A stretch of 64,000 nt of DNA from the human T2T-CHM13v2.0 reference genome, Homo sapiens: assembly GCF_009914755.1 (NCBI RefSeq), contig NC_060925.1; one strand, given 5' to 3'. The notes beneath the pieces are model-generated. The model was not told where the DNA came from. It worked only from the letters and a program-made list of their open reading frames with translations, and ran no database searches. The position numbers and the translations under genes were made by a program. This document shows, in pieces, positions 30,544-43,321 of this stretch; the first letter of the stretch is position 1; each line of letters starts with the position of its first letter.

Positions 30544-30871
30544 TACCTTCCATTTCTGCACTTTGAAAGGTTATTCTTTAAATTCCAGCATCAATGTCGT
30601 GCCCTCTATGAAGTCTTCCTGAATACTTTGGACAGAAGTGATTTCTGTTCTTCTGGAATTGCCTAGTAATTCCTCATAATATTAATAATAAAGTTCTATA
30701 CATTCGTATAATGCTCAAATCAGTGGACACTTCCTGATTTAGATATGATTTAACCTGCATAGAGTAGTTGACAATACAAGTGACTTTCCATCCATTTTCC
30801 TCCTCTGACTTCTGAAACATTCTGGTTTTCTTACTACCTATATGGCTTCTCTTTCTCAGTCTTCTCAGTGA

Positions 30872-31363
30872 ATGTATTCATTTCCTAGGACTGCCTTTAA
30901 AACATACTACAAACTGGGTGGCTTAAAACAACATGAATTTATTATCTCAGAATTCTGGAGGCTAGAAGTTCAAAATCAAGGTGTTGGGAGGGCCATACTC
31001 CCTCTGAAGCCTTTAGGGGAGAATATCCCTTGCCTCTTTTAGCTTTTGGTAGCCTCAGGCATTCCTTGTTCTGTGGCAGCATAACTCTAATCTCTGCCTC
31101 CATTTTCATGTGGCTGTCTTCCCTCTGTCACTGGTGTCCTTAAAAGAAGAGAAACAGACACAAGGAGGAAAACCTTGTGTCTGTTTCTCTTCTTATAAGG
31201 ACACTGGTCATATTGGATTAGGTCTCATCCTAATCAACAATGACCTCTCATCCTAATTTGATTACATCTGCATAGAGCCTATTTTCAAATAAGGTCACAT
31301 TCACAGGTACTAGGGGTTAGGACTTGAACACATCTTTTGGGGGGATACAATTCAACCCAAAAC
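30872..31363 (-). mobile_element. MaLR LTR (MLT1B/C-like)
   Basis: ctgggtggcttaaaacaac...ttctggaggctagaagttcaaaatcaaggtg. Confidence 0.8.
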
Positions 31364-31789
31364 AGTAGCGTTCCCATTTCTTGCCTCTCCCTTAAATATT
31401 AGGTTTCTTCAGAGTGATTTCTTAGGCTCCCTTCTCTCAGCAATTATTTAAATAATGAGGAAAACTAAAATTTGGCAGTGTCAAATATGTGAATCATAAA
31501 ACAGGTGTAACACAAGGGTCCAAGGAGGATATTCGAGATACAGTGTTCTGATGCGTCCTCCTTGAATGTGACTATATTCCCTTAGCTTTTCCTTTAGAAC
31601 CACACTTGAGGTGGTGGAGCCTTTAAAAATATTTAACAAATGTTACTTTTGAAGAAGAGAGTAAGAGTATTTAATAAGGTAACATTGGCAATGTGAAAGT
31701 TATATGAGATACATAATCAGTGGTCCTCATCTTTGTCTCCTTCTTAAAGAAAACAAGAGGAAATGATTGACCACTGGAAGGGTAATTTT

Positions 31790-32186
31790 TGTGGGCTGAA
31801 TTGTACATTCCCCAAATTTCTATGTTGAAACCCCAACGCCCAGTACATCAGAAGGTAACTGTATTTGGAGGTAGGGCCTTGAAAGAGACAATTAAATTGA
31901 AATGAGGCTATTAAGGTGAACCCTAATGTAATATGTCTTATGAAGTCATCATAAGACAGGGAAATTTGGACATACCAAGAGACTCCAGGTATGTGTGCAC
32001 CCAGAGGAAAGACCATTTGAGAAAATGACCATCTGTAAACCAAGGAGAGAGGTTTTAGGAGAAACCAAGCCTGCTGGCACCTTGATCTTGGACTTTCAGC
32101 CCAGAACTGTAAAAAAACACATTTCTGATGTTTAAGCCACCCAGACTGGCATTTTTTTTTTATGGCAGCTTAGCAAACGAATACAG
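31790..32186 (+). mobile_element. MaLR LTR (MLT1A/B-like)
   Basis: tgtgggctgaattgt...caccttgatcttggactt...gaataca. Confidence 0.8.
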
Positions 32187-32754
32187 CAATTTTTAGTTAC
32201 TGATTTAGTGACTAGTGTGGTCCAGATGCTATTCTGGGTGCTGACGATATAGCTTCCCTGTGGAGCTGATGTTCTAGCGGATGGAGAAAGGGAATAACAA
32301 TAAATAAGTAAAATATATGTCAGATCAGACTAAGTGCTACAGAGAAAAGAAGTCAGAGAAATCATCATATAGAAAGTTGCAATTTTATAGTTATGAAGCC
32401 TTCATTGTGAGGCTGAAATTTTAACAAATATCTGAATAAGATGAGGAAGAGGCAGAGGATCCCAGGTTTAGGAAGTAGCAAGTTCAAAGACCCTGATTTG
32501 GGATTGTGTCTGACATGTTCAAGAGACAACATCAAGAAGCCAGTGGGGCTGAAATGTATAGAGCCTGGGGGGAGAGTAACATGTCAGAGAGAATGGGGGT
32601 GGGGGAGCTATGGAGCTACTGGGGACTAACTTGTAGAGAAAACCAGTCCCCAGAATGAAGTTAATACAAAAAGAAGGGTGAGCAGGCAAAATGGGGGAGG
32701 GTATGGATGAGGGAGGGAGAGAGAAAGAGAGAGAAAGAGACAGAGAGACAAAGA

Positions 32755-33512
32755 GAAAGATGCCAGTCTGAAAAGGCTACACACTGTATGATTTCATTAT
32801 TTATAGGACATTCTGGAAAGGCAAAACTATGGAGGCAACAAATAAATCAGACATTACTGGGGTTTGGGGAGAGAGGAAGGTTGAACAGGTGAAGCACAAA
32901 GGATACTCTTTGTAAGTGATGAAACCATTCTGCATGATACCATAATGGTGGGTACTCAACGCCATGCATTTATCAAAACCCATAGAACTTTACAGTACAG
33001 AGTGAAACTTAATGTATGAAAATTGTAAAAAAAATTATTTCTGAGGTCAGAGGGTCACAGGGTGGAATATAGAACATGACTAAACAATTAACAATGTTAC
33101 AAACATATGATAAAACCTCACTGAAGGGACTGGCAGAAAAAGTTGCTAGCCTGAATAACTTTAGAAATGAGCAGAGATTGTAAGACTAAAGGGAAAAATA
33201 ATTGTATGTAAGCACGGTAATCTAGTTGATAAAGTCTCCCATGGGGGAACAGGTTAACAATTCTGAAACCATCATACATCTAATCTGGAACTGAAGAATT
33301 AAGTAAATGGAATGTGGATAGCAGGAAGCACGAGCCAGGTTTCTCACTGTTGAAGTGGGAGCTTACAGGAAAGCATGGGGAGAAGGCAAGAATGATTCAT
33401 ATGGTTATGGATTAGAGTTAGAGACATCAGTATGAACTCATGCTTACATTATTATAGGTACAGATGTTTACATATAGAAATATTTATAGATACGTATATA
33501 TACTGAAGTTAG

Positions 33513-33544
<32 letters not shown>

Positions 33545-34635
33545 TTTGCTCTGTCAGCTGAAGAGGTCAAGATACAAGAATACACCTAACAAGTCAGATC
33601 TTTGTTTCTAATACTATTTGTTCCAATAAAAGGAACCAGGGATCCTTAGAGAGACGGCTGATTCTCAGGAAGCATACAATATAAGTCTGGAGCATGTTGT
33701 AGTTTCTTAAAAGAAAGAAGTACTTAATACCCACAATGATGGAGCACATCAAAGGGAGACTAGAGCCAATGTAAGCAGTTCCTAATGGCCTACGCTGGGA
33801 CGATTTGAGCAATAAGATAAATAAGGTAGCAATGGATTATGATTCAGGTATATATACAATAAATATTCCTGTCTACACTGACATAAATAAACAGTCGAGT
33901 AAGTAAACAAATAGGGAACAAGATACATCTCCTGTGCAGGAGAATTTCAAATAGTTTGTGAAGCTCTTCCATCCTCAAGGAGGTAGAACATAACTCCTAC
34001 TCTGTAAGCATGGATCGTGCATAGTGATTTCCTTCCAAAGAGTACCATATGGAAAGCTTAGAAAAGAGTAACTTTAAAGGGTGAAACCTGATAAACACTA
34101 CCTCAGCCAGGTGATCAAGGTCAATATTAAAGTGGTAGGTCATGTTGATAGTATGTACTCTTGTATGATGCAATGGAAATGACACTTAACTTCTGTGGTC
34201 TTCCTCTGCATGTAACAAACATCACACTGCAATCCTGAGAAAAGCATTAAGCAAATCACAATTGAGGGGCATTGTACAAAATATCAGTACTTCTTAAAAC
34301 TGTCAAGGCCATCAAAAACAAGAAAAGTCTGAGAAGTTGTCATAGCCAAGAGCAGTCTACGGTGGCATGCGACTGCAAGTAATGCAGCACCCTGGTTGGG
34401 ATACTGGAACAGAAAAATAGTGTGAGGTTAATAACTACTAAAATATGAATAAAGTATGGACATTAATTAAAAATTATGTACCAATATTGGTTCATTGGTT
34501 ATGACCAATGCACCTCACTTATATAGGATAGAAATAATAGGGGAGATTGGGTGTGAAGTATATGGGAATTCTACTATCTTTATCACTTTTCTGAGCATCT
34601 AAATCTTTTAAAATAAATAAAAAGTTTATTTAAAA
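32755..34635 (+). mobile_element. L1MC/MD-type 3'UTR
   Basis: gccagtctgaaaaggctacacactgtatgatt... ending in an A-rich tail; boundaries approximate. Confidence 0.72.
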
Positions 34636-35941
34636 AAATCTCATTCCAAGTTTTACCCCATTCCAATTAAATCAGAATTTCTAGGGTGTGAGAAGGGATC
34701 AGTATTTTTTAAACATCTCAAGTGCTGTCAGCGTGCAGCACTGGAAACCTCTGTAGTAGAAGTCCCTGAGCTGTGGTAGCTGTTATATTTTGGTACTCCT
34801 TAATTCATACAAAATGTCCTGAGCTAAATGAAAATGTTGTGTGTTGCCTCCATTTTGTACCTATGTGAAGTCAAAATTTTAATTATGAGTATGATAAAAA
34901 TAAAGTACTGGAACATGTTGCCCATTTGAGCACCACTTGATGTTACACTATTGGATATTGAGCTCCTAACTGACAAATGTATCAAGCATATAATTACAAG
35001 CAATATTACATCTTAAAATGTCTCGTAATTTTCCTCCAATTGAAATGAAAAAAAGAAAAAAGGATATGACATGCATACTCTTTCCTCTGTCTGATCCCTA
35101 TGCTGTCTGATCCCACATTAATATGCTTTGGTGGATTCCACCACGATTCCATTTTTCTGCCGTTTTTTGACCTTGTTTGTACTCCAGGAGGCTGACTCTA
35201 TGGACTGCAATCCTCAGGCCTCCTTGCTCTCTGATTTCCAGTTAGGTTTAGGCAAGATGGAGGAGACAGGTATCATCGTTTTAACCCAAGTCTTTCCCTT
35301 CTTCATCATGGTTCTGGCAGTGGCTGCGTTTGTTGCAACTCCAGCTCCCACCCCCTCTGGCTCACACTTGGCTCTGGAAACACAGTTGCCTTTTCTCACC
35401 CCTTCAAACTAAGAGGGAGTAATGGTTTCCTGCTGTTGCTAGTCTCTAGGTAACTCACCATCCCTTTTTTTTTTTTTAACTTTACTCATATCTCTGTAAA
35501 TTGTCTCTTTACTGAAATATTTTAACTTTTTGAGGGTGTCATCTGTTTCCTGATAGGCTTTCTGACTGATGCAATTAGTCTATCATTGTCAATTCTCTGG
35601 AAATGATGACTCTTTCTCCCCCACCTCTTTTTAAGCCAAGATAACGTCTTGCCTACTTTTCTGGCCTTAAAAATGTTCTTTGTTTTGTGAAACAATGTTG
35701 ATAATAGCGAACATTATTTTCCCTAAGGCCTTATTTGGCAAAAGTAAGAGCTGGCAAACATGCTGGTTCCCCACATATTTTTGAAATTTCATTTTCAAAA
35801 CTGGAGTCTGGGAACCATTGACCTAAGTGAGAATTCAACTTTGAAACATTAAGGGGATTCAGCTATCATTCACTTTACCACAAGAATCTTACAAATCTGA
35901 TGAAAGTTGCCAATGGCTGTCACAGTAGACACTCAAGTTAC

Positions 35942-36052
35942 CGGGATTCAGTTGTTTGCATAACATATTGTCCCACTCCTGGTAAAGAGGGAAGTAGTAT
36001 CTGGGAAAAGTAGGAGGATCGATAAAAATTGAAGTGGTTATTTTTGTATCCA
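35942..36052 (-). pseudogene. Pseudo-exon 5 ((V)DTKITTSIFIDPPTFPRYYFPLYQEWDNMLCKQLNP), phase 1->1
   Basis: Acceptor tctccttctgtgtcag|, donor CCG|GTAACT; 111 nt; open frame. Confidence 0.72.
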
Positions 36053-36607
36053 CTGACACAGAAGGAGATTTTACAGCACACTATGTTTTGAGTCTCAAAA
36101 ACACACGTATTGCATTTCACTGGAGATCTGATGGGGGAAGGGATGGAGAAGAGGAAAAGAGTGCATCTGAAAGTTTTAGCAAGAAGTTGCAAGGACTCTT
36201 CAATTAAGTATGGATGCAGTGTGACAGTGACTTAGAACTTCCATGTTCACAGATCCAGCGCTGTTAACTTTATACTAGTCTAAGTCTTTTTTCTTATAAA
36301 TAATTACAAAAGCTCATTAAGCAATACAGACTGGGAACTTTTTTTTTCCTCCAAATTCTAGTTTATTTTTAATTGACAAATAGTAATTTTATAAATTTAT
36401 GGGGGTACAATATGATATTCTGATACATGTATACTCTGTGGGATGATCAAATCAGGCTAATTAGCATTATCAGTCATTTCAAATATTTATCATTTCTTTG
36501 TGGTGAGAACACTTAAAATCCTCTCTTAGAGATTTTGAAATATACAATACATTATTATTGCAGTCAGTATGCTGTACAATAGAACACCAGAACTTATTCC
36601 TAACTGA

Positions 36608-37123
<516 letters not shown>

Positions 37124-37144
37124 TAAAATGCTGAATAGTATTCC

Positions 37145-37146
<2 letters not shown>

Positions 37147-37190
<44 letters not shown>

Positions 37191-37282
37191 CACATATATA
37201 TGTATATATGTGTGTGTATATATATATACATATATATGTGTATATATATGTGTGTATATATATATATATACACACACACACA
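37147..37282. repeat. (TG)n/(TA)n/(CA)n compound microsatellite
   Basis: Directly visible. Confidence 0.95.
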
Positions 37283-39619
37283 ACATTAAAAAAAATCCAT
37301 TCATTTGTTGATGAACACTTAGGTTGTTTCGATATCTTGGCTACTGTGAATAATGCTGCAATGAGCATAGGAGTGCAGACATCTCTTTAACATATGATTT
37401 CAATTCTTTTGCATATACCCAGAGGTAGAATTTCTAGATCATAAGGTAAATCTATTTTTAGTTTTTATATTTTTAAAACTTCATACTGTTTTTCAAAATT
37501 GTTTTCAAAATTGCTGCACTTAATTGTAATACCACCAACAGTGTACAAGGGTTCCTTCTCCACATACTTGCTAATACTTATCTTTCGAAATAGCTGATCT
37601 AACAGGCATGAGGTGATATCCCATTGTAGTTTTAATATGCATTTCTCTGATAATTAGAAATGTTGAGCATTTTGGTAAATGTATGTCTTGGCCATTTGTA
37701 TGTCTTCTCCTGAGAAATGTCTATGGAAATTCTTTGCCAGTTTTTTCATTGGGTTATTTGTTTTCTTGTTATTGAGTAGTTTGAGTTTCTTGTGTATTTT
37801 AGATATTAGCCTCTTATCCAATGTATAACTTAAAATACTTTTTCCCAGTTTATGGGTTGTTTCTTTACTCTTTTGAGATTTTCCTTTATTGTGCAGAGTT
37901 TTTAGTTTGATGCAATCCCATCTGTCTATTTTTGCTTTTATTGCCTGTGGTTTTGGCATTATAGCCAAGAAATCATTCCCCAGACCAACGTCGTGAAACT
38001 TTTCCCTAGGTTTTCTTCTAGTAGTTTTATAGTTTCAGGTCCTATGTTTAAGTCTTTAATCCATTTTGAGTTGAATCTTCTATAAGGGATAAGGTAATGG
38101 TACATTTTGATTATTCTTCATGTGGATATCCAGTTTTCACAATATGATTTATTGAAGAGATGTCCTTTCCCCATTGTGTGTGCTTGGTATCTTTGTCAAA
38201 AATCAATTGACTGTAGATGTATAGGTTTATTCCTGAGCTCTCTGTGCTATTCTGTTGGTCTATGTGTCTGTTTTTATGCCAGTACCATGTTGTTTTGATT
38301 ACTATAATTTAGTAATATATTTTGACATCTGATAGTGTGATGACCCTGGCTTTGACTTTTCTTTCTGGTCAAGATTGCTTTGGCTATTTGGGGTCTTTTG
38401 GACTTCATACAAATTTTAGAATTTTAAAAAATTTCTGTGAAGAATGACATTAGCATTTTGGTAGGGATTGCAATGACTCTGTAGATTGCTTTGAGTAATA
38501 TGGATGTTTAAAAAATATAAATTCTTCCACTCCATGAGCGCACAATATCTTTCCATTTATTTGTATAATTTTCAATTTATTTCATCAATGTTTTATAGTT
38601 TTTGGTATACAGATCTTCCACTTCCTCGGTTAAATTACTCCTAAGTATTTTATTTTTTTTGATACTAATGTAAATGGGATTGTTTTCCTCGTTTCTTTTT
38701 CAGTTAGTTTATGGTTTGTCTATAGGAATGCTACTGATTTTTGTAGGTTAATTTTGTATCCTGCAACTTTACTGAGTTAGTTTATGAGTTTTATTAATTT
38801 TTTTGGTTAGGTCTTCAGGATTTTCCATCTATAAGAGCATGTCATCAGCAAAAAGAGATAATTTTACTTCTTTCTTTCCAATTTGGATGCCTTTTACTTC
38901 TTTTCTCTTGCCTAATTGCTCTGGCTAGGACTTCCCGTACTATGTTGCATAGGAGCGGTGAGAGTGGATATCCTTGCCCTGTTTCTGATCTTAGAGAAAA
39001 ATCTTCAGCGTTCACAATTGATTGTGACATTAGCTATGGGTTTGGTGTGTATGGCCTTTATTGTGTTGAGGAACATTCTTTCTACTCTGAATTTGTTGAG
39101 CGTTTTTATCATGAAAGGATGTTTAATTCTGTCAAACCCTTTTCTGCATCTATTATGATGATCATATGTTTTTTGTCCTTCATTCTGTGGGCATTTTTGT
39201 TTATTGATGTTTTCAATTGAATGTGTTTTATAATGTCAAGTACATCAAATTTAGAACAGAAAGAAAAATTTTACAGTATCTTATGCTTGGATAGGGTACA
39301 AGAAACAGGGTGTATGTTTATCACAGTTTAGTCTCCTTGACTTTAAAATTCTTCTGTGTTGGGAATATGAGGTCCTTCTTTGTTATGTTATGTTATATTT
39401 AATATTGAGTGAAAAGGAATTAACACACAATTGTTTTTTAAATTTTTATCTGTTTAAAAACTTCCTTTGTTTTTATTCTCATTACTTTCTGTTTTCTGAC
39501 TTTACCTTAAGAAAAACACAGAGCAATCTTTTCCAATTCATTTTTTTCCTTTGTATACATTTAAAAGGGAGTTTTAAAAGGGCTGGATAGCTTGGTCATA
39601 AAGAGGAGTTTTTCTTTAC

Positions 39620-39706
39620 CATTACAATCCAAACACAAGCTGTCGTCCACATGGCATGGAATAATTAGAGAACTCAAGAATTTTCTTTCTCTTGACATTT
39701 CTACTA
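39620..39706 (-). pseudogene. Pseudo-exon 4 ((V)VEMSRERKFLSSLIIPCHVDDSLCLDCN), phase 1->1
   Basis: Acceptor ttattttgtttaag|, donor ATG|GTAAAG; 87 nt; open frame. Confidence 0.68.
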
Positions 39707-40690
39707 CTTAAACAAAATAATGGAAACTGATTTATTTCTTCCTTTATCTGGTGATGGAAACCACCCTATGGAAAACCTGGGAATGGTCAGCACTATGTTT
39801 TCCACTATGTGGAGAGAGTTGGTCAGTAACAGGAAATGAAACTGACTCATATGGAGAAGCAGAGACAAGAGATAGGATTACTGGTGATTTTAGGGTTCCC
39901 GAAGACCATCTACATATCTCCCATTCCTGTTGCCTGACTGTTGAAATTTTTCTGATTCCATGAAATAAAAATTCTCCTTTTTGGCTAAGCTATTATTTTG
40001 GGTGGGATTCTATAGGGTGCAAGTGGCAAAAATGTAGCTACAATTAGCTTAAGTAAAAAGAGGGAATTGAGGAGAGATCCTTAGGTCACTCACAGAATTA
40101 AAGGAAGACTGGATCAATTGAGCTTTAGCAAGGCAGAAGCAAGCACTTTAGAAGGGACTCAGAACCTAGGGCCAAGACTTAGGTAATGCAGCAGCACACT
40201 TCCCTCACGTGGCCTTTGCTCCTTCTTTCTGGACACTGTGCTCTCTGTGGAGGAATACTTTGATTACCTTATGTGTTTCCACCAGTACTTTATTTACCCC
40301 ATAACCCTCATCTATTCATTGGCATTTTTATGTGCATTGCCACAGAAGGAGACGTTACAGCACACTGTGTTTTTGAATCTCAAAAGCGCAGACTAGGATT
40401 GAATTCAGGCTCTGAAGATTAAGAGAGCTATCCCACGTTAGCGGGAAAAGGAAAGCCAAAAGGGAAAGAAAGACAGCTGAGTTGGTACCACTGGGAAAGG
40501 GGCCCTGCACCTAGTAGATGATACTGTCACTAGGCAACACACAGGGGGCATTTGTGTTTATTGTTTTAAATTGAATATGTTTTATAATGTCAAGTACAGC
40601 CAATCTGTAATTGAAACAAAAACTTTGAAGTACTCTGTGAAATTCATCTCTGAGGACTGAACCCTCTGGGGGAGGAGCAATAGACACTCC

Positions 40691-41145
40691 CACTGCACCC
40701 CACCCTGGGTGACAGAGTGAGACCCTGTCTCACAAAAAAAACAAAACAAAACACTTATTTTAGAATTGTTTTAGAGCTAAAGAAAAATTGCAAAGATAGT
40801 ACAGAAAGTTCTCGTGTACTGTACACCCAGTTTCCCCTATTATTAACAATCTTACATTCTTTCTGTCACATTTCTGACAAACAGTAACATCTGCTTAAAT
40901 ACTTCCAGTGACTGGCAACCCAGTGTGTCCTAAAGAGCCCCATTGTCAGATGATTCTAGAGCAGTGTGACTAGAGATGTGGTTCTAGGACCACCAACATC
41001 CGCACAACCTGGAATCTGGTTAGAAATGAAGAGTCTCAGACCCCAATCCAGACCTGAATCAGAATCTACATTCAATAGGATCTCCAGGTAATTCATGTGG
41101 ACATCCAAATTTGAAAAGTATTGCTCTAGTGTTCATATATATATG

Positions 41146-41191
<46 letters not shown>

Positions 41192-41490
41192 TATTTTTCC
41201 CAAAAGATGGCAACCAAGGTCTTGCAATCACATTGCCCCATTCATTAATTCATCTGTGTATTCACAAAACATTTTTTAAGAGCATATGTGCTAAGAACTG
41301 ATTTAACTTGAAACTTTTTTTAGAAGTAAGATCTTATTCCTACACTAAAAAATTTCACATTCCAATTCTGCCATGCAAGAGGTAGTTGAATGAACAGGGT
41401 AATTTTTGTTCAGAAAAGAGAGGACTAAGTTTGAAGAGTTGTCCCTGAGAGACTAGCAAATGCAGGAAAATGCCACAATCTGTAGAAAAC
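40691..41490. repeat. Dispersed direct copy of 26243-27005 (Alu tail + MER5A + inverted-repeat arm)
   Basis: Colinear match across ~760 bp. Confidence 0.92.
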
Positions 41491-41591
41491 TATCACAACA
41501 GCTGAGAGAATAACAGAGTAGAAAGAGCTACTCCCCTTTATTCCAGATAGAGCTAGGGGTGGAGAGAAAACCCCTCTGCAACTCGGGTTAG

Positions 41592-42073
41592 TGTATTAGT
41601 CTGCTCTCTAATTGCTGTAAAGAAATACCTGAGACTGGGTAATTTATAGAGAAAAGAGGTTAAATTGACTCATGGTTCTGCAGACTGTACAGGAAGCGTA
41701 GTGACTTCTGCTTCTGGGGACGCCTCAGGAAGCTTCCAATCATGGCAGAAGGCAAACGGGGAGCAAGCTGTTTCACATGGTGGGAGCAGGAACAAGAGGG
41801 TGAAGGGGGAGATGCTACACACTTTTAAACCAGCAGATGTTGTGAGAACTCACTCATTACAGCGAGGACAGCAAAGAGCCATGAGAGATTTGCCCCCATG
41901 ACCCAGACACCTCCCACTCACTACCACAAGAACAGCACCAAGGGGATGGTGCTAAACTATTCAATAGAAACTGCCCCCATGATCCAATCACCTCCCTCCA
42001 GGCCCCACCTCCAACACTGGGGATTACAACTGGACATGAGATTTGGGCGGGGACACAAATCTAAACCCTATCA
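41592..42073 (-). mobile_element. MST-type MaLR solo LTR
   Basis: tgtattagtc...atacctgagactgggtaatttat...tatca; near-TSD gttag/ggtag. Confidence 0.85.
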
Positions 42074-43254
42074 GGTAGCATGGGGCAGTATGTAGGAATA
42101 GCTGCGTGATGAAGGTCCTCAGATCTGAAGCAGCCTCATGGAGTTCCAACTTGCCTCAGCAAGGTGTAGGAGCAGTAGACTAATTCCTGAGCCTAGCATA
42201 GTCATGTTGCTGCGCCTTCACCCAGGTGCCCAGATCCCAGAATGGTGCTGGAGAACACTTTTCAATGCACTTCAGCAGGGCATCAGGGGCCAGGAAGGAG
42301 AGTCATTGATCCTGAAGTGACCTTTGGCATGGATCCATGTAGATCAACACTTGAAAAACAGACAGGATGAGGAGGGAGATGCCAAATTCAACAAATGACC
42401 AAATATCAGAACGTTTGCTTATTCTGGCCCTGCCTTCCTTCTGTCCCGTGTCCCTTGCTTAAAATTAGATGTGAACTGAAGGAAAAGAAATGGGAGCCTG
42501 AATTCATTGAGGCTGAGTTTCTATCATCTAGTAAAACAGGATCTCATTGAAGAAATTAAGTTCAGTTGCATGAAAAAATTAAGCCACGCTTTCTGATCAT
42601 CTGCTTATGTGACCTGAAATTTAAATTTTGTCTTCTACTTCAGACTGTGTTCTTATATGCGGCAGAGAACCTGGCTACTAGCAGCTGCAGCTTGCAACTG
42701 CATATATTCACCATCTGGAAGGAAAAAGCTCTTCACCTCCTTGACTCTTACAGCATGGTGCCCTCATCCAAGCTCCTGTTTGAAAAGCTTCAGAGAACAA
42801 TCTTGACTGGCCTTTTTCTAGTCATGTTCTCATCCTATTTACCAATTACAGAGTTAGGAATGTGAGATACTATGATGGTTCCAGCTTGGAGCTCTTGCTA
42901 TGTGGCCTCTGAAGCCAGCATGCTGTAACTGGTAGCTCTGCCTAGATCCATGTGCTTGGTGTCAGGGAAGGAACAGTTTCTCTGCCAAAAGGGAATAAAT
43001 ACTTTGATCAGAGGTAGAGGAGGAGGGGAACAGGCTGATAAAAACACTGAACTGCATTATCTACCTTGTGTGCCTATACTAATAAAGGTTTCCTTAATGT
43101 CACATTGATATGATCAAAGCAAGAAACTAAAATTATGAACAAGATACTGACTATGTCTTTTATGACTCATTAGTTCAGAATTAGAACCTGGGCTCTGGAA
43201 AAAAAATAACACAGCCATTTCATTGTAAATTTGTAAACTTTGCAGCAGTTTAAC

Positions 43255-43321
43255 CATGAGAGTTGGCATATAGGTCAGGGAATAGGCCTGGTGGGTTTTG
43301 CTGTCAAATCCCATTATACTC
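43255..43321 (-). pseudogene. Pseudo-exon 3 (EYNGI*QQNPPGLFPDLYANSH), phase 0->1
   Basis: Strong acceptor tttattctctgcag|G; weak donor ATG|GTTAAA; 67 nt; one TGA. Confidence 0.62.
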
